64,000 nucleotides of DNA. It comes from an uncultured Bacteroidota bacterium. Its GTDB lineage: Bacteria; Bacteroidota; Ignavibacteria; UBA10030; UBA6906. This document shows, piece after piece, positions 44,820 through 54,683 of this stretch. Location: assembly GCA_963700635.1 (NCBI GenBank), contig CAVOYH010000003.1, positions 1,152,001-1,216,000 on the forward strand. Reading direction: 5' to 3'. Both the position numbers and the translations under genes were made by a program. A model generated the notes under the pieces. It was not told the origin of the DNA and ran no database searches. It saw only the letters and a list, made by a program, of their open reading frames with translations. Each line of letters starts with the position of its first letter. Positions within the stretch are counted from its first letter, which is position 1.

Positions 44820-45302
44820 ATGCAGCTTTCGGTCGTGCGCATTGAAAAACCGGCTGACATGAATTTCCTCCTCGGCCATGCACACTTCATCAAGACTGTT
44901 GAGGATCTGTACGAGACGATCGTGCAAACAAATCCGGCGATGAAGTTCGGTCTTGCCTTCTGTGAGGCTTCAGGTCCCCGCCTTGTCCGCGCCGCGGGCA
45001 ATGAGGAACGCCTGATCGAACTCGCAAAGAAGAACGCGGTGTCGATTGCTGCCGGACATACATTCATCGTGTTCATGGAGCAGGGATATCCGATCAACAT
45101 TCTGAATGCGGTGAAAAATGTTTCGGAAGTGTGCCGGGTATTCTGCGCTACAGCCAACCCCACGGAGGTGCTGGTCGCGGAAACAGACCAGGGGCGTGGT
45201 ATTCTCGGTGTCATCGACGGAGAAAAGCCCATCGGTGTGGAAACACCCGATGACGTTGTAAAGAGGAAAGAATTCCTCCGTACCATCGGCTATAAAATGT
45301 AA
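44820..45302 (+). CDS. Adenosine-specific kinase family (DUF355/PAE2307-like)
   Basis: HFIKTVED, FCEASG, AGHTF, CATANP, GRGILGVIDG, IGYK. Confidence 0.92.
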   Translation: MQLSVVRIEKPADMNFLLGHAHFIKTVEDLYETIVQTNPAMKFGLAFCEASGPRLVRAAGNEERLIELAKKNAVSIAAGHTFIVFMEQGYPINILNAVKNVSEVCRVFCATANPTEVLVAETDQGRGILGVIDGEKPIGVETPDDVVKRKEFLRTIGYKM

Positions 45303-45376
45303 ACCCACTCTCCCTGCGTTCCGGGAGAAGCGGGCACAGTTCATTCACGGTGTAACGATTAACGAGGAGAAGCCCC

Positions 45377-45757
45377 ATGAAACATTCTCGATTTGCCGTC
45401 GCGATGTTTGCCACCCTTGCAGTGCTCCTCCTGATGGGCACTGGCGAAACCCTCGCGCAAAAGAAAAAGACTCCCGCCAAACCAACGGAACAAACGGCTG
45501 CGCCCGCCGCCCAACCAGCTCCTTCCCCCTCGGCGGTCAGATTGGGAGGCACCATAAAAGACCTGCTCGTGAAGTATAAAGGCGAACTGACGTCGCTCGG
45601 AGTCCTTACACAGGTAGAGTCGGACTATTTTATCGCCGAAGAGGATGGCAAGCCCGTCGTGCATCCTATCAGCACGATCAGGTGGATCAAAATTCTCAAG
45701 GTGGAGGAAGATGCCGATGAGGAGGATTCTCCCAAACTTGATATCCGTTTGCAATAG
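45377..45757 (+). CDS. Secreted hypothetical protein
   Basis: GAGGAG SD, signal peptide ending TLA-Q, P/A linker, small beta domain. Confidence 0.75.
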   Translation: MKHSRFAVAMFATLAVLLLMGTGETLAQKKKTPAKPTEQTAAPAAQPAPSPSAVRLGGTIKDLLVKYKGELTSLGVLTQVESDYFIAEEDGKPVVHPISTIRWIKILKVEEDADEEDSPKLDIRLQ

Positions 45758-45767
45758 AGAGGTCACG

Positions 45768-46247
45768 ATGAAAGTACTGGGAGTTTTTGTCTGTACGCTG
45801 CTTCTGGTGGGATGTACACCGCGCGATGAGGATGTGCGTCGTCTGGTCCGCGACGAGATGCTCGCGCGGTCCGCCAGAACATATTACTCACCCACCGCGG
45901 TGATCGGTCCGTATACCCCGGCGGTGCAGATCGGATCGCTTGTGTTTGTCTCAGGGCAGATTGCCCTCCATCCGGAAACGGGCCAGATGATCCAGTCCGA
46001 TATCGAATCGGAAACCCGGCAGGTGCTCAATAACCTCCGGACCGTCCTTGCTGCGGCGGGATGCGATTCGTCGGATGTGGTCAGCGCAACGGTCTATCTC
46101 AAGAATATGAACGACTACCAGCGCATGAACGCCGTCTACGGCACCTTTTTTCCGGAAGGCAAGTATCCCGCGCGCGCGGCCGTGGAGGTCAGCAATCTGC
46201 CAAAGTCAGCAAACGTAGAGATTGCGGTTATAGCAGTGAAGGAGTGA
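45768..46247 (+). CDS. Rid (YjgF/RidA) family protein with lipoprotein signal
   Basis: LLLVGC lipobox; [23 protein letters not shown]. Confidence 0.88.
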   Translation: MKVLGVFVCTLLLVGCTPRDEDVRRLVRDEMLARSARTYYSPTAVIGPYTPAVQIGSLVFVSGQIALHPETGQMIQSDIESETRQVLNNLRTVLAAAGCDSSDVVSATVYLKNMNDYQRMNAVYGTFFPEGKYPARAAVEVSNLPKSANVEIAVIAVKE

Positions 46248-46249
46248 GT

Positions 46250-47917
46250 GTGAACCCTGCTGAGGGCTTTGATCCTCGGTCCATACGCGCTCCCCGCGGG
46301 ACGGAGTTGAGCTGCAAAGGGTGGGTGCAGGAGGCGGCGCTGCGCATGCTGATGAATAACCTCGATGCCGAGGTCGCAGAGAAGCCGGAAGACCTGATCG
46401 TGTATGGTGGGGTAGGAAAAGCGGCCCGCAACTGGGAGTGTTATCACACGATTGTCAGGACATTACGTGCGCTCGAAGACGATGAAACCCTGCTGATTCA
46501 ATCGGGCAAACCTGTGGCCGTGTTCAAAACCCACCCCCATGCGCCACGGGTGCTCATTGCCAATGCACTGCTCGTCCCACACTGGGCGACATGGGATGAA
46601 TTCCGCCGGCTGGATGCACTTGGCCTGACGATGTACGGCCAGATGACGGCAGGCAGCTGGATCTATATTGGCACGCAGGGAATCCTCCAGGGAACGTATG
46701 AAACCTTTGCGGCTGTTGCCGGCCGATCATTCAACGGATCGCTGGCAGGCAAGCTGCTCGTGACCGCCGGACTTGGCGGTATGGGAGGGGCGCAACCCCT
46801 TGCCGCAACCATGAATGGGGCAGCGTGCCTTGCCGTCGAAGTGGACCGCTCCCGGATCGAACGACGCCTCAAGACCGGTTATGTCGACGCGATGACCGAG
46901 TCCCTTGACGAAGCGTTACTCATTCTACAGACTGCAAAGGAACTGAAGGAAGCGCGCTCCGTTGCCCTGCTCGGTAATGCCGCAGAAGTTTTGCCCGAAC
47001 TGCTTGCCCGGCGTATCATTGTGGATGTGTTGACCGATCAGACCTCCGCGCACGACATGCTCAACGGATATGTGCCTGCGCACATGCCCTATGAAGAAGC
47101 TCTCGGACTGCGCGCATCCAATCCCACACGGTATACCCAACTCGCGCGGGCGTCCGTTGTGGAACATGTGGAGGCAATGCTCGGCCTTATGGAGCGCGGT
47201 GCCGTGACCTTCGACTATGGCAATAACATCCGCGGTGAAGCCCTTGCCGGGGGGCTCGATAGGGCTTTTACGATTCCCGGGTTTGTTCCCGAATACATCC
47301 GTCCGCTCTTCTGTGACGGGAAGGGTCCCTTCCGCTGGGCTGCGCTGTCCGGCGATCCCGAAGATATCTACCGTACTGACCGTGCCCTGCTGGAGGCGTT
47401 TCCCGAGAATGCCGGCCTACGTCGCTGGATCGAAAAGGCCCGGCAGCACGTACACTTCCAGGGTCTTCCTGCAAGAATCTGCTGGCTCGGTTATGGTGAG
47501 CGGGCGATTATGGGCAGCATCTTCAATGATCTGGTAGCGCGCGGGGAAGTTCGGGCGCCGATCGTCATCGGAAGAGACCATCTGGATTGCGGATCGGTAG
47601 CTTCTCCGAACCGGGAGACCGAAAAAATGCTGGATGGCAGTGATGCCATTGCCGATTGGCCGATCCTCAACGCACTCCTGAATGTCGCCGGTGGAGCCAG
47701 CTGGGTGAGTGTTCACCACGGCGGAGGTGTCGGGATGGGACTGTCGTTGCATGCCGGAATGGTTGTCGTGGCCGATGGTACCCCCGAAGCAGCAAAACGG
47801 CTGGAGCGCGTGCTGACCTACGATCCCGGGATGGGGATCGTACGCCATGCCGATGCCGGATATGAACGGGCAAGAATAAATGCGCGCGAGCACGGCCTGA
47901 ATATGCCCATGCTCTGA
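46250..47917 (+). CDS. hutU: Urocanate hydratase
   Basis: [25 protein letters not shown]; AAGGAG + GTG. Confidence 0.97.
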   Translation: MNPAEGFDPRSIRAPRGTELSCKGWVQEAALRMLMNNLDAEVAEKPEDLIVYGGVGKAARNWECYHTIVRTLRALEDDETLLIQSGKPVAVFKTHPHAPRVLIANALLVPHWATWDEFRRLDALGLTMYGQMTAGSWIYIGTQGILQGTYETFAAVAGRSFNGSLAGKLLVTAGLGGMGGAQPLAATMNGAACLAVEVDRSRIERRLKTGYVDAMTESLDEALLILQTAKELKEARSVALLGNAAEVLPELLARRIIVDVLTDQTSAHDMLNGYVPAHMPYEEALGLRASNPTRYTQLARASVVEHVEAMLGLMERGAVTFDYGNNIRGEALAGGLDRAFTIPGFVPEYIRPLFCDGKGPFRWAALSGDPEDIYRTDRALLEAFPENAGLRRWIEKARQHVHFQGLPARICWLGYGERAIMGSIFNDLVARGEVRAPIVIGRDHLDCGSVASPNRETEKMLDGSDAIADWPILNALLNVAGGASWVSVHHGGGVGMGLSLHAGMVVVADGTPEAAKRLERVLTYDPGMGIVRHADAGYERARINAREHGLNMPML

Positions 47918-47972
47918 GATGCGGCCCTGTACTCCACCCCCACAGTGTACTCACATTATCACGGAGGTCCGT

Positions 47973-48359
47973 ATGCACGGTTTTGGTCATGTTGATATCC
48001 CCTCGACAAATCTGAAGAAGACAAAGAAGTTCTTCGGTGCGGTGTTCGGTTGGACATTCGAGGATATTCCTGAAATGGACTATGTGCTTTTCCGTGCAGG
48101 AACACAACCGAACGGGGGTTTTTTTATGGTGAAGAAGATGCCCAAGAAGGGGCAGGTGAATGTCTACATCGAAGTGGAGGATATTGTTTCCAAGTTGAAG
48201 GAGATCAAAAAGGCCCGGGGCAAAGTGCTGGTGAAGAAAACGGAAATAGGCGGGATGGGGTGGTTTGCCCAGTTTGCAACTCCCGATGGTTGCTTTCTCT
48301 CCCTCTGGCAGGCGGGTCCCGCACAATCGCTTGAAAGCGGTTCCCCGACGGTCGGATAA
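47973..48359 (+). CDS. VOC/glyoxalase family protein
   Basis: HVDIP...FFGAVFGW...YIEVED...TPDG...LWQ; GGAGG SD. Confidence 0.9.
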   Translation: MHGFGHVDIPSTNLKKTKKFFGAVFGWTFEDIPEMDYVLFRAGTQPNGGFFMVKKMPKKGQVNVYIEVEDIVSKLKEIKKARGKVLVKKTEIGGMGWFAQFATPDGCFLSLWQAGPAQSLESGSPTVG

Positions 48360-48365
48360 CACGTT

Positions 48366-48581
48366 TTGAACGAAACACTGACCCGGCGACCGGTACCGGA
48401 ATTTTCAGGATTGTGCGCCTCCTGTGTTTATGCGCAGATGCATGCCTCCGGTCGGGGGTCAGTGTTCGTGCTGTGTGCCCTCTCCCGGACACGCCCATCA
48501 TACCCCAGATACCCCCGCATTCCGGTCCAGAGCTGCAGCGGGTTCTCGCGTGAATCCGGGGCCGGTGAGGAACATTGTTGA
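48366..48581 (+). CDS. Small Cys4 hypothetical protein
   Basis: GLCASC...RGSVFVLC...YPRYPRIPV..C; fills the gap between same-strand genes. Confidence 0.7.
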   Translation: MNETLTRRPVPEFSGLCASCVYAQMHASGRGSVFVLCALSRTRPSYPRYPRIPVQSCSGFSRESGAGEEHC

Positions 48582-48608
48582 CAATCAACCGTATACATCT
48601 GCAACACC

Positions 48609-49821
48609 ATGCTCGATCCGGTTCGCTTTAAACGTATTCTGATCAAGATCCTGAAACTCCTGATCATCATCGAATTGATCAGCGCGTTTCTGGAAGGGCT
48701 GACTCTGGATATGTGGGGTCGCTTCGGCACAGACCTCATCATCGCCGGTATCCTGTATGTCACCTGGGAACGTATCACCATGGTGCTCCGCGGGCGTAAG
48801 GAGCATGCACGGCGAAGGGTTGAGACAGCAGGACAGAATCTTAAGATCCAGGACGCCTTCATCTTTTCGCTTCTATGGAGCGATGAGATCATTCAGGAAA
48901 TTCCGCAGGACCGGCGCCGGCTTGTGATCACTGCCATCACCATCATTGCCGCAGGCCTTGTCCTGGCATTTGTCAAGATCGGAACCGGCCTTATGCCGCT
49001 GGTCATCTCGGGTGTTGTTGTGCTGGGAGGGGTGAATCTCCTGACATGGCTCGTCTCACTCGAACGTGTTGGCAGGGAGACACTGCAGACGGAGCTCCGC
49101 CTCGCGCACAGTGTGCAAGTGTCCCTGATGCCGAAAGAACAACCGGTTGTGAAGGGGTATGACATTGCGGGAATGTCACTGCCCGCGCAGGAGGTTGGTG
49201 GAGACCTGTATGATTTCTCCTGCCACAACAACAGTCAAAGCGAACTCTGTATTTCTGTGGTGGATGTTTCCGGGAAAGGTATGCAGGCGGCCATGGCGGC
49301 GGTTTTTACCAGTGGCGCGCTGGCGAGTGAAATCCGGCAATCCGACTCGCCTGCCCGTATTCTCACGCACCTGAACCGCGCAGTCTTCGAACATTCGCGT
49401 CGTGGACAGTTTGTGGCTTTTCTTCTCGGCAGGATCACGGCACGGAAAAAACGTTTCATTTTTTCCAATGCCGGTCAGACGAAACCGCTTCTGCGCCGCG
49501 GAAAGACGCTCCGCTGGCTGGATGGCAAAGGAGTACATTTCCCTCTGGGGATACGCGCCGACACCGAATACGAAGAATATGCGATAGATCTCCGCAAGGG
49601 CGACATTGTGTTTCTGTCTGACCGATGGATTTACCGAAGCGATGAACATCACCCGGGAGCCGTACGGATACGATCGTCTGGAGCGTCTTGTTGGCGCGGC
49701 GGATCTTAATACCCTCTCGGCGCCGGATATCATTGCCCGTCTCACTGACGACGTCAGACAGCATACAGGCGAAGCACCGCAGCATGATGATATGACACTT
49801 GTTGTCCTGAAGGTACACTGA
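48609..49821 (+). CDS. Membrane PP2C/SpoIIE phosphatase, split by a 1-nt insertion near 49611-49613
   Basis: 4 TMs, VGGDLYD, DVSGKG, NAG; TDGFTEA and DDMT continue in the +1 frame. Confidence 0.88.
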
Positions 49822-49822
49822 C

Positions 49823-50944
49823 ATGCGAGTTGCGTCCACACTTTTTTGTCTTACGATTGTGTATGCCCTGTCCGGGTTTTCCCAGCCGCATGCCCGATTT
49901 TCCCTTTCGTTGGATCTCAACGATGCTGCAGCGGAAAAGGCTGTGGAACTCTATGCAGGGCTCTCCGGCCGTCCCGCCGAAGTGGCTGCACTCCGGGGAA
50001 GCCAGCTTGCTCTGGCTGTCACGGGGATGCTTGCGCGGAAGCCCCTCCAGACCGCCGATCTCGAACGGAGTCTGGAGTCTGCCAAGTTTAACCAGAGTGA
50101 CGGGGACGATCTTTTCCGCATGCGTCACGCACGCGCCAATGTGACCGCCATCAGAGACCTGCTTCTGGAACTCCGCCGGCGTAACTTCGGACAACGGGTC
50201 GTGAGCACTGTTGAACAGCTGTTCCCACCGGATGCGCGTGTGAACGCCCGGATACCGATGTATGTCGTCGCCTTCGGGCATCAGAACATTGATGCATTTG
50301 TCGTGCGGGTGACGTGGAATGGCAACACACCACATCCTGCTGGTGAACTCGAGGGAGAACCGGTCATCGTTGTCAACCTGGCCAAAGCCGTACATTACGG
50401 ATCATCCGTTGATGAGCGGTTTATCGGGTTGCTGAGCGTGGTTGCACACGAGGTGTTTCACGCGGCGTTCGGAGAATTTAAAGCCAACACGCCCGAATGG
50501 CGGGCATATTATGCTTCTGCCCTCCAGCCGCTTGACGAGTTGCTGGATCTTGCGCAGAATGAGGGCGTTGCATACTATCTTTCCCTGATACAGCAGAATC
50601 AGGGACGTCTTCCCCATGACGGGTTGTCTCGTGCACAGACTGCGTTTACACAATTTAACAGTGCCGCCGCCGAACTTGTTTCTCCCCGGATCGGGCCCCA
50701 CCGTCAGGCCGAACTGCTCCGCACGTCGAATACATCAGGGTACTGGGAAAGTTTCGGGTCCATGACCGGAATGATCGTCGCCCGGCAGATTGATCAGACA
50801 CTTGGACGTGTCGCACTTGTCGGGACTCTTCGCGACGGGCCGAATGCTTTCTTCAAGACCTACATCCGCCTCATGAAACGGGATTCGGGTCTCCCGCAAC
50901 TTTCTCCTCTTGTTCAGCAAGAACTCTCCCGCCGCTCCCCGTAA
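49823..50944 (+). CDS. Secreted putative zinc protease (DUF5700-like)
   Basis: Signal peptide, HEVFH plus downstream NEG. Confidence 0.7.
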   Translation: MRVASTLFCLTIVYALSGFSQPHARFSLSLDLNDAAAEKAVELYAGLSGRPAEVAALRGSQLALAVTGMLARKPLQTADLERSLESAKFNQSDGDDLFRMRHARANVTAIRDLLLELRRRNFGQRVVSTVEQLFPPDARVNARIPMYVVAFGHQNIDAFVVRVTWNGNTPHPAGELEGEPVIVVNLAKAVHYGSSVDERFIGLLSVVAHEVFHAAFGEFKANTPEWRAYYASALQPLDELLDLAQNEGVAYYLSLIQQNQGRLPHDGLSRAQTAFTQFNSAAAELVSPRIGPHRQAELLRTSNTSGYWESFGSMTGMIVARQIDQTLGRVALVGTLRDGPNAFFKTYIRLMKRDSGLPQLSPLVQQELSRRSP

Positions 50945-50957
50945 GCACCGCCTCTGG

Positions 50958-50986
50958 TTGAAGTTCCTGAAGAGTTTTGGTATCTT
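50958..50986 (+). promoter_or_regulatory. Putative sigma70 promoter for hutI
   Basis: TTGAAG-17-TATCTT, ending 9 nt before GTG 50996. Confidence 0.55.
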
Positions 50987-50995
50987 TCGGTCACT

Positions 50996-52243
50996 GTGAA
51001 CCTATTTGTCAAGAACATACGGCAACTTGTCACCGTTGCCGCCCATGGCAACCCGACGCGGTCTGCTCAGGAAATCCAGGACCTGGGGATCATCGAAGAT
51101 GCGGGTGTCCTCTGCCGGGAGGGCAAGGTCGCCTGGGTTGGACCGATGGCCTCTTTTGCCGGGCGGCTTCCGGACGATATACCCGAGCTGGATGCGTCCG
51201 GGGCAATCGTCGTACCCGGATTTGTCGATTCGCATACGCACATGATGTTTGCGGGAGACAGAGCGGAGGAGTTTGCTCTCCGTGCGCGTGGAACGTCGTA
51301 TCAGGAAATCGCCGAACAGGGTGGAGGCATCCTGCATACGGTACGCCATGTCCGCGCCGCCTCTAAAAAGGAGCTCAAACGATCGACCGCAGCATTCCTG
51401 TGGGAGATGATGAAACATGGAACGACGACGGTGGAGATCAAGACGGGGTATGGTCTTGACATGGACACCGAGATCAAGATGCTGGAAGCGATTCATGAGC
51501 TCAGCGAGGAGGAAATGGCGACGGTCGTTCCCACCTTCATCGGCGCTCATGCAGTCCCGCCAGAATTCAAGAAAGACGTCGAAGGGTATGTCCGGCTTGT
51601 CGTCGAAAGAATGATTCCCTATGCCGGAAAGAAACGCCTGGCGGTCTTCTGTGACGTGTTCTGTGAAAAGGGATACTTCACGCCCGAGCAGGCCGAGGAG
51701 GTCCTCGTTGCCGGGAAGTCCTGGGGAATGCTTCCCAAAATTCATGCGGAGGAGCTCACTTCGTTCGGGGGGGCTGAACTGGCAGCCAGACTTGGTGCCG
51801 TATCGGCAGACCATCTCGAGCATGTTACACCGGCGGGTATCAGGGCATTACGCGAGGGGAAAGTTGTTGCCGGACTGTTGCCCGGCGTGTCGTTTTTTCT
51901 GAACCACGGTTATGCCCCTGCGAGGGCGCTCATCGACGGTGGAGTGCCTGTAGCGCTCGCATCGGACTTCAACCCGGGTTCGTGTATGTCCTATTCGATG
52001 CCCCTGATGATGACCATTGCGTGCACCCAGATGAAGATGACTCCGGAAGAAGCACTTACGGCGGCCACACTGCATGGTGCGGCGGCCCTCAATCTTTCCG
52101 CCACCCACGGAAGCATCGAAGTGGGAAAACAGGCAGATCTCCTTGTCGCGGCGATTCCGGATTACCGGCATCTGATCTATCACTTTGGCGCCAACCATAT
52201 CCGTCACACCATTAAAAATGGAACCCTTCTTGAAATCCCGTAA
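50996..52243 (+). CDS. hutI: Imidazolonepropionase
   Basis: DSHTH, GGGI, DVFCE, SADHLE, ASDFNPG. Confidence 0.96.
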   Translation: MNLFVKNIRQLVTVAAHGNPTRSAQEIQDLGIIEDAGVLCREGKVAWVGPMASFAGRLPDDIPELDASGAIVVPGFVDSHTHMMFAGDRAEEFALRARGTSYQEIAEQGGGILHTVRHVRAASKKELKRSTAAFLWEMMKHGTTTVEIKTGYGLDMDTEIKMLEAIHELSEEEMATVVPTFIGAHAVPPEFKKDVEGYVRLVVERMIPYAGKKRLAVFCDVFCEKGYFTPEQAEEVLVAGKSWGMLPKIHAEELTSFGGAELAARLGAVSADHLEHVTPAGIRALREGKVVAGLLPGVSFFLNHGYAPARALIDGGVPVALASDFNPGSCMSYSMPLMMTIACTQMKMTPEEALTAATLHGAAALNLSATHGSIEVGKQADLLVAAIPDYRHLIYHFGANHIRHTIKNGTLLEIP

Positions 52244-52254
52244 CCGGAGAAATT

Positions 52255-53277
52255 ATGCCTGCTCTTGTTGAGTGTGTTCCGAATTTTAGCGAAGGCCGGG
52301 ATCTGAATGTTATCAGTGCGATAGGAGAGGCAATTCGCACCGTGAAGGGGGTGACTCTGTTGAGTGCGGAACCGGACAAGGACTACAACCGCACGGTTAT
52401 CACGCTTCTGGGCACGCCGCAGGCGGCTGGCGAAGCGGCCTATGCAGCTACCCGGACCGCCGCCCGATTGATTGACATGCGCCATCACCACGGAGAACAT
52501 CCCCGTATCGGTGCAACGGATGTTGTCCCATTTGTACCCGTCTCGGGGGTGACCATGGACGAATGCGTTCAGCTGGCACGTCATTTTGGCCGCCGTGTTG
52601 GCGAGGAGCTGCGGATACCTGTCTATCTGTATGAAGAAGCGGCGACCCGTCCGGAACGGAGAAATCTTGCCACCGTTCGGAAGGGTGAATATGAAGGACT
52701 TGCCGAAAAGCTGCAGGACCCGGCCTGGATTCCGGATTTTGGTCCTGCCGTGATGAATGAAAAGTCGGGCGCGACCGTCACGGGCGCGCGGCTCTTCCTC
52801 GTTGCATACAATGTAAATCTGAATACCAACGATCCGAAAATCGCCCAGGAAATCGCCCTCCGTATCCGGGAGAGCGGCCGCGTTAAAAAAGACGATGACG
52901 GTAATCCGGTACTTGATTCCAAGGGCCGGAAGATCACCGTGTCCGGAACACTCAAAGCAGTGAAGGCAATGGGAGTGCTCCTCGAGGCTCACCAAATCGC
53001 TCAGGTGTCGATAAATCTTGTAGATTTCCAGGTGACACCTCCCCATGTAGCTTTTGAAGAAGTTAAACGGCAGGCATTAACACTTGGCGTGGAAGTGACG
53101 GGAAGCGAAATCATCGGGCTCACTCCACGTGAAGCGCTCCTTATGGCCGGCAGATACTATGCGCCAGCAGTGACCGACGACCGGGCATTAGTGGCTGTCG
53201 CCGTTGAACGGCTCGGCCTGAGCCAGCTTGAGCTTTTTGATCCCGCAAAAAAAGTTATCGAGTATCAACTTTCTTGA
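52255..53277 (+). CDS. ftcD: Glutamate formimidoyltransferase
   Basis: ECVPNFSEGR, GEHPRIGATDVVPF, RKGEYEGL. Confidence 0.95.
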   Translation: MPALVECVPNFSEGRDLNVISAIGEAIRTVKGVTLLSAEPDKDYNRTVITLLGTPQAAGEAAYAATRTAARLIDMRHHHGEHPRIGATDVVPFVPVSGVTMDECVQLARHFGRRVGEELRIPVYLYEEAATRPERRNLATVRKGEYEGLAEKLQDPAWIPDFGPAVMNEKSGATVTGARLFLVAYNVNLNTNDPKIAQEIALRIRESGRVKKDDDGNPVLDSKGRKITVSGTLKAVKAMGVLLEAHQIAQVSINLVDFQVTPPHVAFEEVKRQALTLGVEVTGSEIIGLTPREALLMAGRYYAPAVTDDRALVAVAVERLGLSQLELFDPAKKVIEYQLS

Positions 53278-53297
53278 CGGAAGGAAGTGGTAGACCC

Positions 53298-53924
53298 ATG
53301 CCCAAACCCCTGCACGCATTTCTTGATGAAGTCGCCTCGTCGTCTCCGGCACCGGGAGGAGGAAGTGTTGCGGCACTCTCCGGAGCGCTTGGATCGGCCC
53401 TTACGTCCATGGTGTGCAATCTGACCATCGGCAAGAAGAAATATGCGGATGTGGAAAGTGAACTGAAGAAAGTGCTTTCACAGGCCGAGCACCTTCGTAA
53501 GCAGTTTACCGAACTGGTGGACCGGGACACTCACGCCTTCAATAAGGTCATGGAGGCCATAACCCTTCCGAAAGACACCGATCCCCAGAAGGCACTCCGT
53601 GCTGCGGCGATCCGCGAAGCGACAAAAGAGGCAACACTCGTTCCGCTGGAGGTAATGAAGCATTGCATCGATGCGCTCGCGCTGGCGCAAACAGTGGCAA
53701 CGAAAGGCAATGTCAATTCAGTGAGTGATGTCGGGGTCAGTGCGTTGATGCTGCACGCGGCAGTCGAAGGTGCGGCACTGAACGTCCGGATCAACTTGAA
53801 CAGTCTGGATGATCCGGAGTTCGTCGGGTGGAAGGAAGATGAAGTGCAGTCTCTTCGTTCAACCAGTGCGTTGATGCTCGAAGAGATCCAGGCGATTGTG
53901 GAAGAACATCTGCAGAAAAAGTAA
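53298..53924 (+). CDS. Formiminotetrahydrofolate cyclodeaminase domain protein
   Basis: SPAPGGGSVAA, SDVGV, NVRIN; alternative TTG start at 53274. Confidence 0.92.
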   Translation: MPKPLHAFLDEVASSSPAPGGGSVAALSGALGSALTSMVCNLTIGKKKYADVESELKKVLSQAEHLRKQFTELVDRDTHAFNKVMEAITLPKDTDPQKALRAAAIREATKEATLVPLEVMKHCIDALALAQTVATKGNVNSVSDVGVSALMLHAAVEGAALNVRINLNSLDDPEFVGWKEDEVQSLRSTSALMLEEIQAIVEEHLQKK

Positions 53925-54683
53925 CTACATCAACACCCGGACGGCAGCTGCGATGGCTGCCGTCTCACTCCGCAACCTGCGGGTCCCCAGGGAGACGGCA
54001 CAGTAGCCGTGTTCCGCCGCCAGCGATACCTCCGCCCCGGTGAAGCCACCCTCCGGACCGATCATAAGACTGTGCATCTGCTGCGGATTGTCCGTATTGC
54101 CGGGTGGCATTTCTTCTGTCGCTTCTTCGTGGAGGATCCATCGACGATCCCCGTGGAGTGTGCTCTCCTGGAGATATGCAGCGATTGGCATAGGCGCATG
54201 GATATGCGGAATGATGGAGCGACCGCACTGTTTGGCTGCGGCCAGGGCCAGTTTCTGCCATCGTTCCGTGCGTGCGTGACGTGGAATCGTTCGTTCGGTA
54301 AAGAGGGGAACTACTGACCGAATCCCTACCTCCGTGACTTTTTCGATCAACGTGTCAAAACGTGAGGGGTTCTTCAATATGGCTGCGGCCAGGATGACCG
54401 GAGTGGAGTGTTCGTGGAGCAGGGGATGTGTGGACCGGATCGACCCGATTGCGCGGTCCTTTTGTACAACGGTGATTCCCACAACGTATGCCATTCCCTG
54501 CCCGTCGATCACACCGACAACGTCTCCCTCCCGTCTGCGCATGACATGCGTCAGATGGGCGAATTCGTCTCCGTCAATATACACGGTGTCCGCCGTAACC
54601 GCCGAAGGAGGCGCATAGAAATATTCCAGCCCGTGCGGTGGTTGGATGGGAGCAGGGTTGTCAGAATGGGGTGCGGAAATCAA
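53925..54683 (-). CDS. rsmE: 16S rRNA m3U1498 methyltransferase
   Basis: HLTHVMR, EKVTEVG, AKQCGR, IGPEGG, LRSETA; start uncertain (TTG 54683, or near LEYFY at 54629). Confidence 0.93.
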   Translation of the reverse strand: MISAPHSDNPAPIQPPHGLEYFYAPPSAVTADTVYIDGDEFAHLTHVMRRREGDVVGVIDGQGMAYVVGITVVQKDRAIGSIRSTHPLLHEHSTPVILAAAILKNPSRFDTLIEKVTEVGIRSVVPLFTERTIPRHARTERWQKLALAAAKQCGRSIIPHIHAPMPIAAYLQESTLHGDRRWILHEEATEEMPPGNTDNPQQMHSLMIGPEGGFTGAEVSLAAEHGYCAVSLGTRRLRSETAAIAAAVRVLM

